Source: Bdellovibrionales bacterium (GTDB taxonomy: Bacteria > Bdellovibrionota > Bdellovibrionia > Bdellovibrionales > UBA1609). Taken from it: a stretch of 64,000 bases of DNA. The notes under the pieces were generated by a model that had not been told where the DNA came from, did no database searches, and worked only from the letters and a program-made list of their open reading frames with translations. The translations under genes were made by a program, and so were the position numbers. This document shows, piece by piece, positions 35,512-45,365 of the stretch. The first letter of the stretch is position 1, and each line of letters begins with the position of its first letter. The stretch is from contig CBDBIB010000001.1 of NCBI GenBank assembly GCA_965205945.1, positions 384,525 to 448,524 of the forward strand. Direction: 5' to 3'.

Positions 35512-36553
35512 TTACGTAAGAGTACAGTGGACAGAGCATAAAAAGTGGTATGATCTAATCTGTGTAGGTTTTTTCTTTTTGTTATTCTTATGTTTTCTAA
35601 TTACAAGTTTAATTTCTTTTGATAAACCGAGTCAGTTTAGTTTTATGACCCTTCTTATACGTGGATTTGGGTTATGTGCTATTACGTTTATACATATTAT
35701 ATTGGCAATTGGTCCTTTAGCACGAATAGATAAAAGGTTTTTACCGTTACTTTATAATAGACGTCATTTAGGTGTGATGACATTTTTTATAGCATTTTTT
35801 CATGTGTTTTTAGTTATGTTATTTTATCATGGTTTTGGAGTAATGAACCCATTAATGTCTCTTTTAATTGGAAATACAGAATACAAGTCTTTATCTGCTT
35901 TTCCCTTTGAATTATTTGGGTTAGGTGCTTTTTTTATTTTATTTATGCTAGCTTCTACGAGTCATGATTTCTGGCAGAAATTTTTTGGTAAAATCTTCTG
36001 GAAATCAATGCATATGTCTATTTACTTAGCCTATTTTTTAATAATAACTCATGTTCTCCTTGGAGTTTATCAATCCGAACAAAGCCTTATTTATACCTTT
36101 CTTATAGTTTTAGGGTTTTTAAGTATAAGTGGATTACACATAGCTGCGGGAATAAAAGCTTATAAACTTGATGCTATAAATGTGTCAAAATTAAACTGGG
36201 TAAAAGTTGCAAAAATTAGTGAGTTTATTCAAGATAGAGCTAAGGTTATTACTACAAAGAATGGAGAGAGTGTTGCCATATTTAAACATAAAAAAGGTTT
36301 TAGTGCTGTAACAAATGTTTGCGCTCATCAAGGTGGCCCTCTTAGTGAAGGTAAAATTATTGATGGTTGTATTACTTGTCCATGGCATGGATGGCAATAT
36401 AAGGTTGAGGATGGTCAGAGCCCTCCGCCTTTTGAAGAAAAAATATGTACATATGAAACTAAAATAACTGATGGTTATGTCTATGTCTTTGCTCAAGCAA
36501 AACCCCCAGGAACCTTTATAACACCCTTAAAAAGTGGAGAATTAAGTGAATAA
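35501..36553 (+). CDS. fusion protein: ferric-reductase/YedZ-type 6-TM (haem b-type) domain + C-terminal Rieske [2Fe-2S] domain
   Basis: Six hydrophobic helices with conserved-looking His ('FIHIILA', 'RRHLGVMTFFIAFFHVF', 'TSHDFW', 'MHMSIYLAYFLIITHVLLG'). C-terminal 'CAHQGGPL...CPWHGWQY' (nt 36320-36388). The positively charged N-terminus suggests N-in, so the Rieske domain is cytoplasmic. Confidence 0.72.
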   Translation: MSVDYVRVQWTEHKKWYDLICVGFFFLLFLCFLITSLISFDKPSQFSFMTLLIRGFGLCAITFIHIILAIGPLARIDKRFLPLLYNRRHLGVMTFFIAFFHVFLVMLFYHGFGVMNPLMSLLIGNTEYKSLSAFPFELFGLGAFFILFMLASTSHDFWQKFFGKIFWKSMHMSIYLAYFLIITHVLLGVYQSEQSLIYTFLIVLGFLSISGLHIAAGIKAYKLDAINVSKLNWVKVAKISEFIQDRAKVITTKNGESVAIFKHKKGFSAVTNVCAHQGGPLSEGKIIDGCITCPWHGWQYKVEDGQSPPPFEEKICTYETKITDGYVYVFAQAKPPGTFITPLKSGELSE

Positions 36554-37307
36554 AGATGAATTTTATGTTGGTTATTTTCCAATGCCGAAAACTTATAAAA
36601 AGTTTTTATTTGTTATTTTAACTATAATAGCTATTTTCTTTACTATATTAGTTTTTATTGTTGCTAAAGAGCAAGTTCAACCTAAAAATGGAGTTGGTTG
36701 GAATCCTAACGGGGATGGAGCTATTATTGTTAAAGGTGTAATATCAAAATTCCCCTATGATTTACTACGCTTTAAAGAGTCAAAAAAAAGTGCTGTTCAA
36801 ACCGCGATATTAACATCTATGACAAAAACATCTATTCAAAATCGTATAAAAGGAAAATATGATAAAGCCTTAGATTTAAAAGGAGTTATGATCCGTCAAA
36901 ATGGCCGATTTGTTTTCTCAGTATTAGACGGTAAAGAAAGCATTAAGATTTCAGATTTTAACCCTTTAGATTTTAGCCCTTTAAAAACTAAGATGATAGG
37001 TATTGTTCATCTACAAGGAGAAATTATTGATCCAAAGTGTTATCTAGGAGCAATGAAGCCAGGAGGGGGCAAGGTTCATAAATCTTGCGCTGTTCTATGC
37101 ATCCGTGGTGGAATTCCTCCTATGTTTGTAACCAAGAATGAACTCTTAAATGAAACTTATTATTTACTAACTGATAAAAATGGTGGTCCAATAGTAGAAG
37201 ATATTATTGCTTATGTTGGTGATCCAGTTTCAATTACAGGGTTTGCTGAAAAACATGATGATATGTTATTTCTTCGTTTAGATGTGGAATCAATAAAAAG
37301 ATTATAA
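36546..37307 (+). CDS. single-pass membrane protein of unknown function
   Basis: GTG start overlapping the previous gene by 8 nt; TM 'FLFVILTIIAIFFTILVFIV'. Cys/His-containing segment 'DPKCYLGAMKPGGGKVHKSCAVLCIRGGIPPMF'. Confidence 0.5.
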   Translation: MNKDEFYVGYFPMPKTYKKFLFVILTIIAIFFTILVFIVAKEQVQPKNGVGWNPNGDGAIIVKGVISKFPYDLLRFKESKKSAVQTAILTSMTKTSIQNRIKGKYDKALDLKGVMIRQNGRFVFSVLDGKESIKISDFNPLDFSPLKTKMIGIVHLQGEIIDPKCYLGAMKPGGGKVHKSCAVLCIRGGIPPMFVTKNELLNETYYLLTDKNGGPIVEDIIAYVGDPVSITGFAEKHDDMLFLRLDVESIKRL

Positions 37308-37319
37308 AGGATACCCATT

Positions 37320-38933
37320 GTGAAAAAAATTAAAGTGTTTGAGTTAAATGAATTAGTTGATCGTAGGCCAAATTATAAATTAATATCCGGTGTTGATTTA
37401 GTTATCATTCGCTATGATGATCAGGTTTCAGTAATGTATGGGCGCTGTTTACATCGTGGTGCGCTAATGTCTGATGGGCATATTGATGGAAATAACCTTA
37501 TTTGTGGAGTTCATGGTTGGGACTACCGTTTAGACACAGGCATAAGTGAGTATAATAATAAAGAGGCTCTGAAAAAATTTAACTCTTGGATTGACAATGG
37601 TGTAGTTTTTCTTGATGCCGATGAGGTAAGCGAGTGGGCAAAAAATCACCCACAGCCATTTAATCGTGAAGAGTACCTTGGCTTATATCAAGATGCTCAT
37701 ATAACAGAAGAAGAACCTGAAAATCATTTAATTCAACACCTTGCTAAACACGGTCTAAAAAAATCAGGGCCCCATGGCCCAACGGGTGCTATGGGGGTTG
37801 AAAAATCAAAACTTCCCCATTGGAATGAAATACAAATTACTACAGCTCAATTAAAACGTTTTCCATTATTAGATAATGAGCCTGTTAAAAGTAACGTTGT
37901 CATTGGCCCTAAAGCTCGTAAACCTTTACACCTTAAAATCCCATTATTTGTTTCAGATATGAGTTTTGGTGCCTTATCAGAAGAAGCTAAAATAGCTCTT
38001 GCAAAAGGCGCTGAGCTAGCCGGCACTGGGATTTGTAGTGGAGAAGGGGGTATGTTACCAGAAGAGCAGGCTTGTAACTCAAGATATTTTTATGAGTTAG
38101 CATCCGGACGCTTTGGTTATGACATTAAAAAAGTTAAGCTTTGCCAAGCTTTTCACTTTAAAGGCGGACAAGGCGCAAAAACTGGAACAGGAGGGCATTT
38201 ACCAGGAAGTAAAGTTAGTAAAAAAATTGCTTCTGTTCGAGGTTTACAAGAGGGACAAGCCGCAATATCACCAAGTCGATTTTCTGATTGGGAAAGCCTT
38301 GATGATATAAAAAAATTTGCAGATAAAGTGCGTCAGGCTACAGGGGGAATACCTATAGGGTATAAACTCTCGGCTCAAAGAGTAGAAGAAGATATTGCCG
38401 CAGCTCTTTATATTGGAGTTGACTATGTGATTCTTGATGGGCGAGGTGGCGGTACAGGAGCTGCTCCACTAATTTTTAGAGATCATATTTCTGTTCCAAC
38501 CATACCAGCTTTAGCTAGAGCCCGACGCTATTTAGATGCTCAAAAAGCGTCTCATGTAAGTTTAATAATTACAGGGGGACTACGTGTAGCACCAGATTTT
38601 GTTAAAGCCCTAGCTCTAGGGGCTGATGCTATTGCACTGTCTAATTCAGCACTCCAAGCAATTGGTTGTTTAGGCATGAGGGCTTGCCACACAAACAATT
38701 GCCCAGTGGGTATTGCAACTCAAAAAAAAGATTTACGACGCCGTTTAGTTATTGATGAATCTGCAAAACGATTACATCGTTTTTTTAGCGCCTCAACAGA
38801 ATTAATGCAAGTAATGGCTCGTGCTTGTGGACATAATCATTTATCAAAATTTAACTTAGAAGACTTAGTAACGCTTAACCCCTCTATGTCAAAGCTTAGT
38901 GGTGTTCATTTTGCAGGAGATTCAATTTTTTAA
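37320..38933 (+). CDS. fusion protein: N-terminal Rieske [2Fe-2S] domain + glutamate-synthase-type FMN (GltB domain 2-like) oxidoreductase
   Basis: 'CLHRGALM...x16...CGVHGWDY' (nt 37446-37514). Then 'PLFVSDMSFGALS.EAK.ALA.GA...G....SGEGG', 'KGGQGAKTGTGGHLPG.KV', 'ILDGRGGGTGAAP' and 'ITGGLR...D..KALALGAD' typical of the Glu_synthase FMN domain. GTG start. Confidence 0.85.
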   Translation: MKKIKVFELNELVDRRPNYKLISGVDLVIIRYDDQVSVMYGRCLHRGALMSDGHIDGNNLICGVHGWDYRLDTGISEYNNKEALKKFNSWIDNGVVFLDADEVSEWAKNHPQPFNREEYLGLYQDAHITEEEPENHLIQHLAKHGLKKSGPHGPTGAMGVEKSKLPHWNEIQITTAQLKRFPLLDNEPVKSNVVIGPKARKPLHLKIPLFVSDMSFGALSEEAKIALAKGAELAGTGICSGEGGMLPEEQACNSRYFYELASGRFGYDIKKVKLCQAFHFKGGQGAKTGTGGHLPGSKVSKKIASVRGLQEGQAAISPSRFSDWESLDDIKKFADKVRQATGGIPIGYKLSAQRVEEDIAAALYIGVDYVILDGRGGGTGAAPLIFRDHISVPTIPALARARRYLDAQKASHVSLIITGGLRVAPDFVKALALGADAIALSNSALQAIGCLGMRACHTNNCPVGIATQKKDLRRRLVIDESAKRLHRFFSASTELMQVMARACGHNHLSKFNLEDLVTLNPSMSKLSGVHFAGDSIF

Positions 38934-39143
38934 TACTTAATAGTTTAAGCCTTTAAACTTATAACTTCTCTTAAAAAAACCAAATAAAAAACCTTTACTT
39001 ATATAAAACCCTTCTTTAAGGTTTGATGAATAAAGAACTAATTTAGAGCAAGTGCATACAATTAAATTCAGGCTTAAAAATTTTAGTGTTTTATATAAAA
39101 TACTGATAAGTTTTCTTATGCTACAATACAAAAACTACTTAAT

Positions 39144-39749
39144 TTAAATCTTAAAGCTCCTCATATCTTTTAGTCTAGAATTAATATCATTTTCATTTAT
39201 GGCCCTATCTCCCCCACGCATAGTTTCTGGTTTTGTTAGTGATCCAAACTCAAACTCGTATTTTTCTTTGGGCTCAATAATTGATTTAATATATTTAGAA
39301 AAATACTGCCTTTTGTTAATAAAGAAACAACTAATTAAATCCCCCTTTTTTAATTCAAATTCGTTATAATCCTCTTCAACTTCACATATATAATAGGTTT
39401 GAAAAATACTAAATTCTTTAATAAGAGGACTTGGAGTTATTCCTTTAATTTTAACTCTGATTTCTTTATTATCAGAGCCAGAAACACTTAATCCGATGTT
39501 GTCACAAGTTTCAAATCTAAATACAAAATGCCAATATTTTTTATATTCTGGTTCAATGCTTCTCATCATGCGTAAACCTGCAACATGCATCGATGAATAC
39601 ACTTTAAAAATTAAATTGTTAAAAGTTTCAAGTGTCTTAAACGAATTTTCAACATATTTCTTAAATAATTTTTGATCTTTTTGCTGCTGATAAAAACTAT
39701 AAATTGCGAAACAAAAACTCAAAATTCCGATAATACCAAATATTTCCAT
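39144..39749 (-). CDS. hypothetical protein with N-terminal TM anchor
   Basis: 201-aa ORF, 'MEIFGIIGILSFCFAIYSFY' anchor; no recognisable domain. It is the only minus-strand gene at the right edge of the accessory block. Confidence 0.45.
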   Translation of the reverse strand: MEIFGIIGILSFCFAIYSFYQQQKDQKLFKKYVENSFKTLETFNNLIFKVYSSMHVAGLRMMRSIEPEYKKYWHFVFRFETCDNIGLSVSGSDNKEIRVKIKGITPSPLIKEFSIFQTYYICEVEEDYNEFELKKGDLISCFFINKRQYFSKYIKSIIEPKEKYEFEFGSLTKPETMRGGDRAINENDINSRLKDMRSFKI

Positions 39750-40197
39750 AAACTCTTCCTTTTAAATTCCCGAAAACTTTAACTTTTGCAAAGTTGTTAG
39801 TCCTAAAAGTCGTCATTCCCCATGAACATCCAAGTGTATAACCTCTCCCCTTCCTACGGCTAGCCATCTTATGGTCACTTGGGAAAACCTTTTAGACTCT
39901 GTAGCACCGTTATTCTTATCAAAAGCCTCTCCATAATCTAATTAACAGTGATTATTGATATATACTACCTAAAGAAGAAAATAATTTTTATGGCTAGCGA
40001 CTATACCATAAATAAAAAGCCTGCTGCCAAACTCAATTAAAATTCTTACGAAGAAATTTTGTGATTAAAAATAAGATGCTTAATTTATAGACTTTTTATG
40101 AATTAATTTTTATTCCTTAATAAAATAAAGTTAAATCCGGGGTATCTAAACTCGGCTTTTATTGCTCCTAACGAGACTAACACGTAGTCTAATATTC

Positions 40198-41601
40198 ATG
40201 GATTATAGAATAGAAAAAGACAGTATGGGTGAAGTTAAGGTTGAATCTTGTAAACTTTGGGGGGCTCAAACTCAACGCTCTTTAAAAAATTTTAAAATCG
40301 GTTTTGATAAATTTCCAAGAGAGATGATTCGCGCCTTTGGAATTTTAAAAAAATCCTGTGCAAGAGCAAACATGACCTTAGGCTTATTACCTAAAGAAAA
40401 GACAACAGCAATTTTAAAAGCCGCTGATGAAGTGATTAAAGGAAAATTTGATTTAGAATTTCCCTTAGTTGTTTGGCAAACAGGCAGTGGAACACAGTCT
40501 AATATGAATTCTAATGAGGTTATTGCAAACCGTGCAGCTCAAATCATGGGTTTTACTTTAGACGTTAATAGTAATGAGAAAAAAGTTCATCCCAATGACG
40601 ATATTAATAAAGGACAATCTTCAAACGATGTTTTTCCAACAACTATGCATATTGCAACATCAGAAATGATTGCAAAGAAGATGATTCCAGCTTTAAAAAA
40701 TTTAAAAAAATCTTTAGAAAAAAAACAAGATGAATTCTCTGATATTTTTAAAATTGGAAGAACTCATTTTATGGATGCAACACCACTAACCCTAGGCCAA
40801 GAGTTTTCAGGGTATGTTAGGCAAATTGAGCTTTCTATTAAGCGTATTGAGTTTGCACTAACAGGCACTTTAGAACTTGCAATCGGCGGAACAGCTGTTG
40901 GAACAGGTTTAAATACTCATGAAACTTTTGACCAAACAGTTTCAAAATATATAGCTGAAGAAACAGGTTTAGCTTTCATGTCTGGGAAAAATAAGTTTGA
41001 AGGGCTTGCTGCCCATGACGCTATGGTCTTTTTAAGTGGATCCTTAAAAACTGTAGCTGTAAGTTTAATGAAAATTGGAAATGATATTCGTATGCTTGGC
41101 AGCGGTCCAAGGTGTGGAATTGGAGAGTTAAACCTTCCTGCAAATGAGCCGGGAAGTTCTATTATGCCTGGAAAGGTTAACCCTACGCAGGTAGAAGCTC
41201 TTACAATGGTTTGCGCTCAAGTTATGGGAAATGATGCAGGTGTTGCTATTGCAGGGTCTATGGGGCATTTTGAATTAAATGTTTTTAAGCCAATGATTGT
41301 TCATAATGTTTTACACTCAATCCGTCTTTTATCAGAGGCTTGTAATAGTTTTAGAGTAAATTGTTTAGACGGGATTATAGCGAATAAAGAAAAATGTGCT
41401 AACCATTTAAACAATTCTTTAATGCTAGTAACAGCATTAAACCCACACATTGGTTATGATGCATCAGCAAAAATTGCAAAGAAAGCCTTTAAGGAAGGAA
41501 CTACATTAAAAAAAGCTGCAATCTCTTTAGGCCTTTTAACAGAGACTCAATTTAAAGACTGGGTTAAACCTAGTAATATGATAAGGCCTTTAAAAACATG
41601 A
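40198..41601 (+). CDS. fumC: class II fumarate hydratase; start revised to ATG 40198
   Basis: '[29 protein letters not shown]' aligns with the E. coli FumC N-terminus; signature '[15 protein letters not shown]'. Confidence 0.95.
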   Translation: MDYRIEKDSMGEVKVESCKLWGAQTQRSLKNFKIGFDKFPREMIRAFGILKKSCARANMTLGLLPKEKTTAILKAADEVIKGKFDLEFPLVVWQTGSGTQSNMNSNEVIANRAAQIMGFTLDVNSNEKKVHPNDDINKGQSSNDVFPTTMHIATSEMIAKKMIPALKNLKKSLEKKQDEFSDIFKIGRTHFMDATPLTLGQEFSGYVRQIELSIKRIEFALTGTLELAIGGTAVGTGLNTHETFDQTVSKYIAEETGLAFMSGKNKFEGLAAHDAMVFLSGSLKTVAVSLMKIGNDIRMLGSGPRCGIGELNLPANEPGSSIMPGKVNPTQVEALTMVCAQVMGNDAGVAIAGSMGHFELNVFKPMIVHNVLHSIRLLSEACNSFRVNCLDGIIANKEKCANHLNNSLMLVTALNPHIGYDASAKIAKKAFKEGTTLKKAAISLGLLTETQFKDWVKPSNMIRPLKT

Positions 41602-42467
41602 GTTTACCTAAACAATGCTCTTGGATTAACAATAAAGATATTAGGCCTTATTTTTTTATAAGAAAAGAGAATTGGTTTAAAGAGCCTGGTTCTTTTCTAA
41701 AGAATTGTAATTGGTTTAAAAATTTAAAAGTTTTAAAAAAAGATCCTCTTTCAATGAAAGAAAAAGATTTTACTAAAATTATTCTAGAAATTGAAAGTCG
41801 AGTTTTTCATCAAAGTGGTATGCCTATGCCTGGCTGGGTTTTTTATGACTGTGGGCTTATTCCAGGCATTGTAACAGGTTTTGCACATAAAACATCTCAA
41901 CTTCCAAAAAGTATTAAGGCTATTTTAAATAAAGACTTACTTAAAACAGAATGGACACCGTTATCGCTTTTCATTGCTATTCCTTGCGGAAATAAAAAAG
42001 AATGGGTTGCACATAATTTAAGCTCTATAAACAATCTACTCTCGAAAAAAAATAGATTTTATGGACTAGGATTTTTATCTAAATGCTTTGGTCTTTGGTA
42101 TTCAAATATTAAACAAATTTGTGGAATGACTCAATGGCAAAGCCCCGCACTTAAATTACATGTTAATTACGGGAACTTTGAAATTTTAACTTCCTACACA
42201 CCTATTCACTCACATCCTCAAACATTAACATATAGATGTAGTCTAAATTTTAATTCATGGAAGAGGTTTTTTGATAAAACTACAGATGGTAACTTTTCTA
42301 AAAAATTTGAATTAGTAAATAAATTAAAAATCAATCCGACTGATCAAAAGAGTTTAATTAAAACTCAATCTTTTTTAGAAAAAAATGACGAGTCATTTTA
42401 TTTAAGGCCAGATCAGATTAAGAATGCTAATGTTGGAGACGTTTTAAATATTTATAAACGCGTTTAA
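41598..42467 (+). CDS. hypothetical protein coupled to fumC
   Basis: 289-aa ORF; its ATG overlaps the fumC stop (ATGA). No motif recognised. Confidence 0.5.
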   Translation: MSLPKQCSWINNKDIRPYFFIRKENWFKEPGSFLKNCNWFKNLKVLKKDPLSMKEKDFTKIILEIESRVFHQSGMPMPGWVFYDCGLIPGIVTGFAHKTSQLPKSIKAILNKDLLKTEWTPLSLFIAIPCGNKKEWVAHNLSSINNLLSKKNRFYGLGFLSKCFGLWYSNIKQICGMTQWQSPALKLHVNYGNFEILTSYTPIHSHPQTLTYRCSLNFNSWKRFFDKTTDGNFSKKFELVNKLKINPTDQKSLIKTQSFLEKNDESFYLRPDQIKNANVGDVLNIYKRV

Positions 42468-42497
42468 TTATATTACTGTAAATATCTTAGGAGGCAT

Positions 42498-43274
42498 ATG
42501 TTGCTTTTAGTTTTATCTGGTTTAGGGGTTGGAGTGGTTTCAGCTCTCTTAGGTTTAGGTGGAGGAGTGTTACTCGTTCCATTTTTACCCAAATTAACTG
42601 ATTGGAGTAGTCACCAAGTTGTAGCAGTGACGCTTTTAATTATCTTAGGAAATTCCTTTGCTAATATGATCTGGTATAATAAAAGAAATATGGTAAATTG
42701 GAGTGTTTTAATTTTTTGGGGCCCTTTTGCAGCTATGGGAGCGTTTACAGGCTCCTATTATGCTTTAAAGCTTGAAGGCCAGAAACTTCGAATGGCTTTG
42801 CTTGTTATTGTAGGCTTAATGATCATTCGATTTAGTCTAGATTTTTTTAAAAACCCAAGAAGTAAAAAGCTCTTTGTTTCTTCAGATTGGAATCCTTTTA
42901 AAGGAATCTTTGGTTTTTTTGTGGGTAGTTTTTCTGGATTTTGCGGCGTTGGAACAGGGCTTATTTCAAATATTATTTTTATGAATCGAAGATGGGTTTT
43001 AAACAATAAAGTTGCTCCAACAGGAAATGGAGTGATGCTTTTTGTTAGCCTTGCTTCAATGATAAGTTTTTTAATTTTTGGAAAAAGTCAAAATATTGAA
43101 CTTTCTTTTTTTCTAGAAAATGGAAAAGAAATTTTAGTTCTAATGGGATCTGTTTTTATAAGTTCATTTTACTTAAGGCCATTTAACCCCCTTATCTCAG
43201 ATAATTTAAGATTTCTTTGCCTAATCATAACACTTTTTTCAGTATTTGGCTGTGTTTTATATGAAATGTTTTAA
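42498..43274 (+). CDS. TauE/SafE (TSUP) family anion exporter-like membrane protein
   Basis: About 8 TM segments, 'LLGLGGGVLLVPFL' and an internal repeat 'GFCGVGTGLI'. Confidence 0.7.
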   Translation: MLLLVLSGLGVGVVSALLGLGGGVLLVPFLPKLTDWSSHQVVAVTLLIILGNSFANMIWYNKRNMVNWSVLIFWGPFAAMGAFTGSYYALKLEGQKLRMALLVIVGLMIIRFSLDFFKNPRSKKLFVSSDWNPFKGIFGFFVGSFSGFCGVGTGLISNIIFMNRRWVLNNKVAPTGNGVMLFVSLASMISFLIFGKSQNIELSFFLENGKEILVLMGSVFISSFYLRPFNPLISDNLRFLCLIITLFSVFGCVLYEMF

Positions 43275-43484
43275 TATTCACCCTTATTTTACTCTAGCTT
43301 TTAAAGAATTTTCTTAATCTAGACAGGCTTTTTTTAGATTTAAAAGTGACCCAGCACCAAATAAAAATATACCTTCTTTAATGTCACATACTAAAACTAA
43401 ACTTACATGCTTAGAGTCTTACAGCTTTAAAAAATAAATAACCTTGCTATTTTTATATTTACTTTTTAAATATTTAAACTAATT

Positions 43485-44315
43485 ATGGATTTTAAAGTAC
43501 TTGATGCGGGTGATTTTTATAAATTAGAACAAGTAGGCCCTTATATTTACCACAGGCCAAGCCCTGCAGCCATTTGGCCTAGGGGAAACCATCCCTTATA
43601 CAATAAAATAGATGCAAAATATGAGCGATTTCAAAATGGTAAAGGTAGGTGGATTTATAACAATAAAAATATGAAAAAAACTTTTATAATTGATGTTTTA
43701 AATCTAAAAATTCAAATGCAGCATAGCTCTTTTGGGCATTTAGGGCTTTTTGCAGAACAACTTATAAATTGGAAGAGGCTTAAGAAAAATGTGTCTAAAG
43801 GAGATAAGGTTTTAAATCTATTTGCTTATACGGGAGTGGCCTCTTTAATTTGTGCCACCAAAGATGCTGAAGTGACCCATGTAGACGCCTCTAAAACAAG
43901 TTTAACTTGGGCAAGAAAAAATCAAGAACTCTCAGGACTTAAAAATAAGAAAATACGATGGCTTGTTGATGACGTTCAAAAGTTTGTTGCTAAAAAAATC
44001 AGACAAGAATCTAAATATGACTGGATTATTTTAGATCCCCCAAGCTTTGGACGAGGTAATAATAACGAAGTTTGGCAAATTAATGAGCATCTTCATGGTT
44101 TAATGCAAAACCTATCTAAGTTAAAATCAGATAATTTTAAAGGAATCCTTTTATCTTCCCACTCTCCAGGATACTCAGCCATAGCTTTAGAAAATCTTTT
44201 AAAAAGAACAAGTTTTAAAGAAAAAATGGGAGTTTGCCATGAAATGTTTATTGATCATGAAAAGTATCCACTTCCAAGCGGAGACTGCGCTTGGCAAACG
44301 AATATAAAATTATAA
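43485..44315 (+). CDS. class I SAM-dependent (RlmI/YwbD-like) methyltransferase
   Basis: 'VLNLFAYTGVASL', 'HVDASK..L.WA..N' and 'DWIILDPPSFGRG'. Confidence 0.7.
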   Translation: MDFKVLDAGDFYKLEQVGPYIYHRPSPAAIWPRGNHPLYNKIDAKYERFQNGKGRWIYNNKNMKKTFIIDVLNLKIQMQHSSFGHLGLFAEQLINWKRLKKNVSKGDKVLNLFAYTGVASLICATKDAEVTHVDASKTSLTWARKNQELSGLKNKKIRWLVDDVQKFVAKKIRQESKYDWIILDPPSFGRGNNNEVWQINEHLHGLMQNLSKLKSDNFKGILLSSHSPGYSAIALENLLKRTSFKEKMGVCHEMFIDHEKYPLPSGDCAWQTNIKL

Positions 44316-45365
44316 ATTAAACTCTAATTGGTTAATTTTGTTAGTATCAAATTTAATACCAAACCCAATAAGGCGAGTTTTCTCAGGCAGACCCTCCCAA
44401 AAAGAAATCATATAAGAAAGTGCAGTATCATAATCTGGTATATCTTTAAAGATCCCAACATCTTTTGATCTACTTTGAAAATCAAAGCTTTTTAATTTAA
44501 AACAAACCCCTTTAATTTTATAACCCTTTACTTTTGAAGTTTTAAATCTGGCAACAAATTCAATATAAACCTGTTTAAAGCCCTCTTGAATTTCATTTTT
44601 AGTAATAAGATCCTGTGGAAAAGTTCTTTCAACAGAAAAAGATTTTCTAACAGAATTAGTTTTTACTTCCCTATCATCAATGCCTTGACAAAGTTTATAC
44701 AAATGTCCCCCCATGCTCCCAAAAAGACGTTGAATCTCTAAAAGACTTAGACGTCTTAAGTCTCCACAAGTTTTAAAACCAAGCTTATGCATGCATTCTT
44801 CTGTTTTTTTCCCAACCCCCCAAAGTTTTCCAACAGGTAAAAACTTTGTAAAGGAAGAGTTTTTATGGGGAGAAACTGTAAACTGTCCATTTGGTTTTCT
44901 TAAATCACTTGATATTTTAGCTAAAAATTTATTATTTGCAATCCCAGCAGAAGCAGTAAGGCCTCTCTTTAATAAAATAGTCTGCCTAATTTTTTTTGCA
45001 AGTAAGGTGGCACTACCTTTAAACTCACGGCTCTTAGTAACATCTAAATACGCTTCATCAAGAGACAGAAGCTCGATTTTATCAGTAAAATTTTTTAAAA
45101 TTTTATGTATCTCTACACTTTCTTCTTTATATAGAGAAAACTTTGGGTGAATTAAAATAAGATCAGGACAAAGCCTTAATGCATGGACCGTAGACATTGC
45201 TGATCTAACACCAAATTTTCTTGCTTCATAGGAAGCCGCAGCAATAACACCTCTTTGATCCCTGCCTCCACCAACAGCTACAGGTTTTTTTAAAAGCCTT
45301 AAATCGTGTTTGACTTCAACAGCAGCAAAAAAACAATCCATATCAATATGGATAATTTTTTTCAT
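44310..45365 (-). CDS. dinB: DNA polymerase IV
   Basis: 'IIHIDMDCFFAAVE', 'SLDEAYLDVT', 'ASAGIA.NKFLAKI.SD..KPNG' and 'LP..K.WGVGKKT'. Confidence 0.95.
   Translation of the reverse strand: MKKIIHIDMDCFFAAVEVKHDLRLLKKPVAVGGGRDQRGVIAAASYEARKFGVRSAMSTVHALRLCPDLILIHPKFSLYKEESVEIHKILKNFTDKIELLSLDEAYLDVTKSREFKGSATLLAKKIRQTILLKRGLTASAGIANNKFLAKISSDLRKPNGQFTVSPHKNSSFTKFLPVGKLWGVGKKTEECMHKLGFKTCGDLRRLSLLEIQRLFGSMGGHLYKLCQGIDDREVKTNSVRKSFSVERTFPQDLITKNEIQEGFKQVYIEFVARFKTSKVKGYKIKGVCFKLKSFDFQSRSKDVGIFKDIPDYDTALSYMISFWEGLPEKTRLIGFGIKFDTNKINQLEFNL

Noticed and set aside
36191-36496. 101-aa minus-strand ORF
   Set aside because: It is antisense to the Rieske domain of the 35501-36553 gene.
38113-38310. 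65-aa plus-strand ORF in an alternative frame
   Set aside because: It lies inside the GltS-like gene, whose own frame carries the FMN-domain motifs.
38937-39131. 64-aa minus-strand ORF
   Set aside because: It lies in an AT-rich spacer with no RBS and a low-complexity L/K/F composition, so it is probably non-coding.
39750-40197. Direct repeat of the tRNA 3' end (attR) or a riboswitch upstream of fumC
   Set aside because: By eye there is no match to GGTTCAAGTCCTCTCTGGCGCACCA on either strand. Only a short AGACTA/TAGTCT hairpin (40178-40194) lies before the fumC ATG. This needs a computational repeat search.
42758-43006. 82-aa minus-strand ORF
   Set aside because: It is antisense to the TauE/SafE-like gene.
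44791-45150. 119-aa plus-strand ORF
   Set aside because: It is antisense to dinB.
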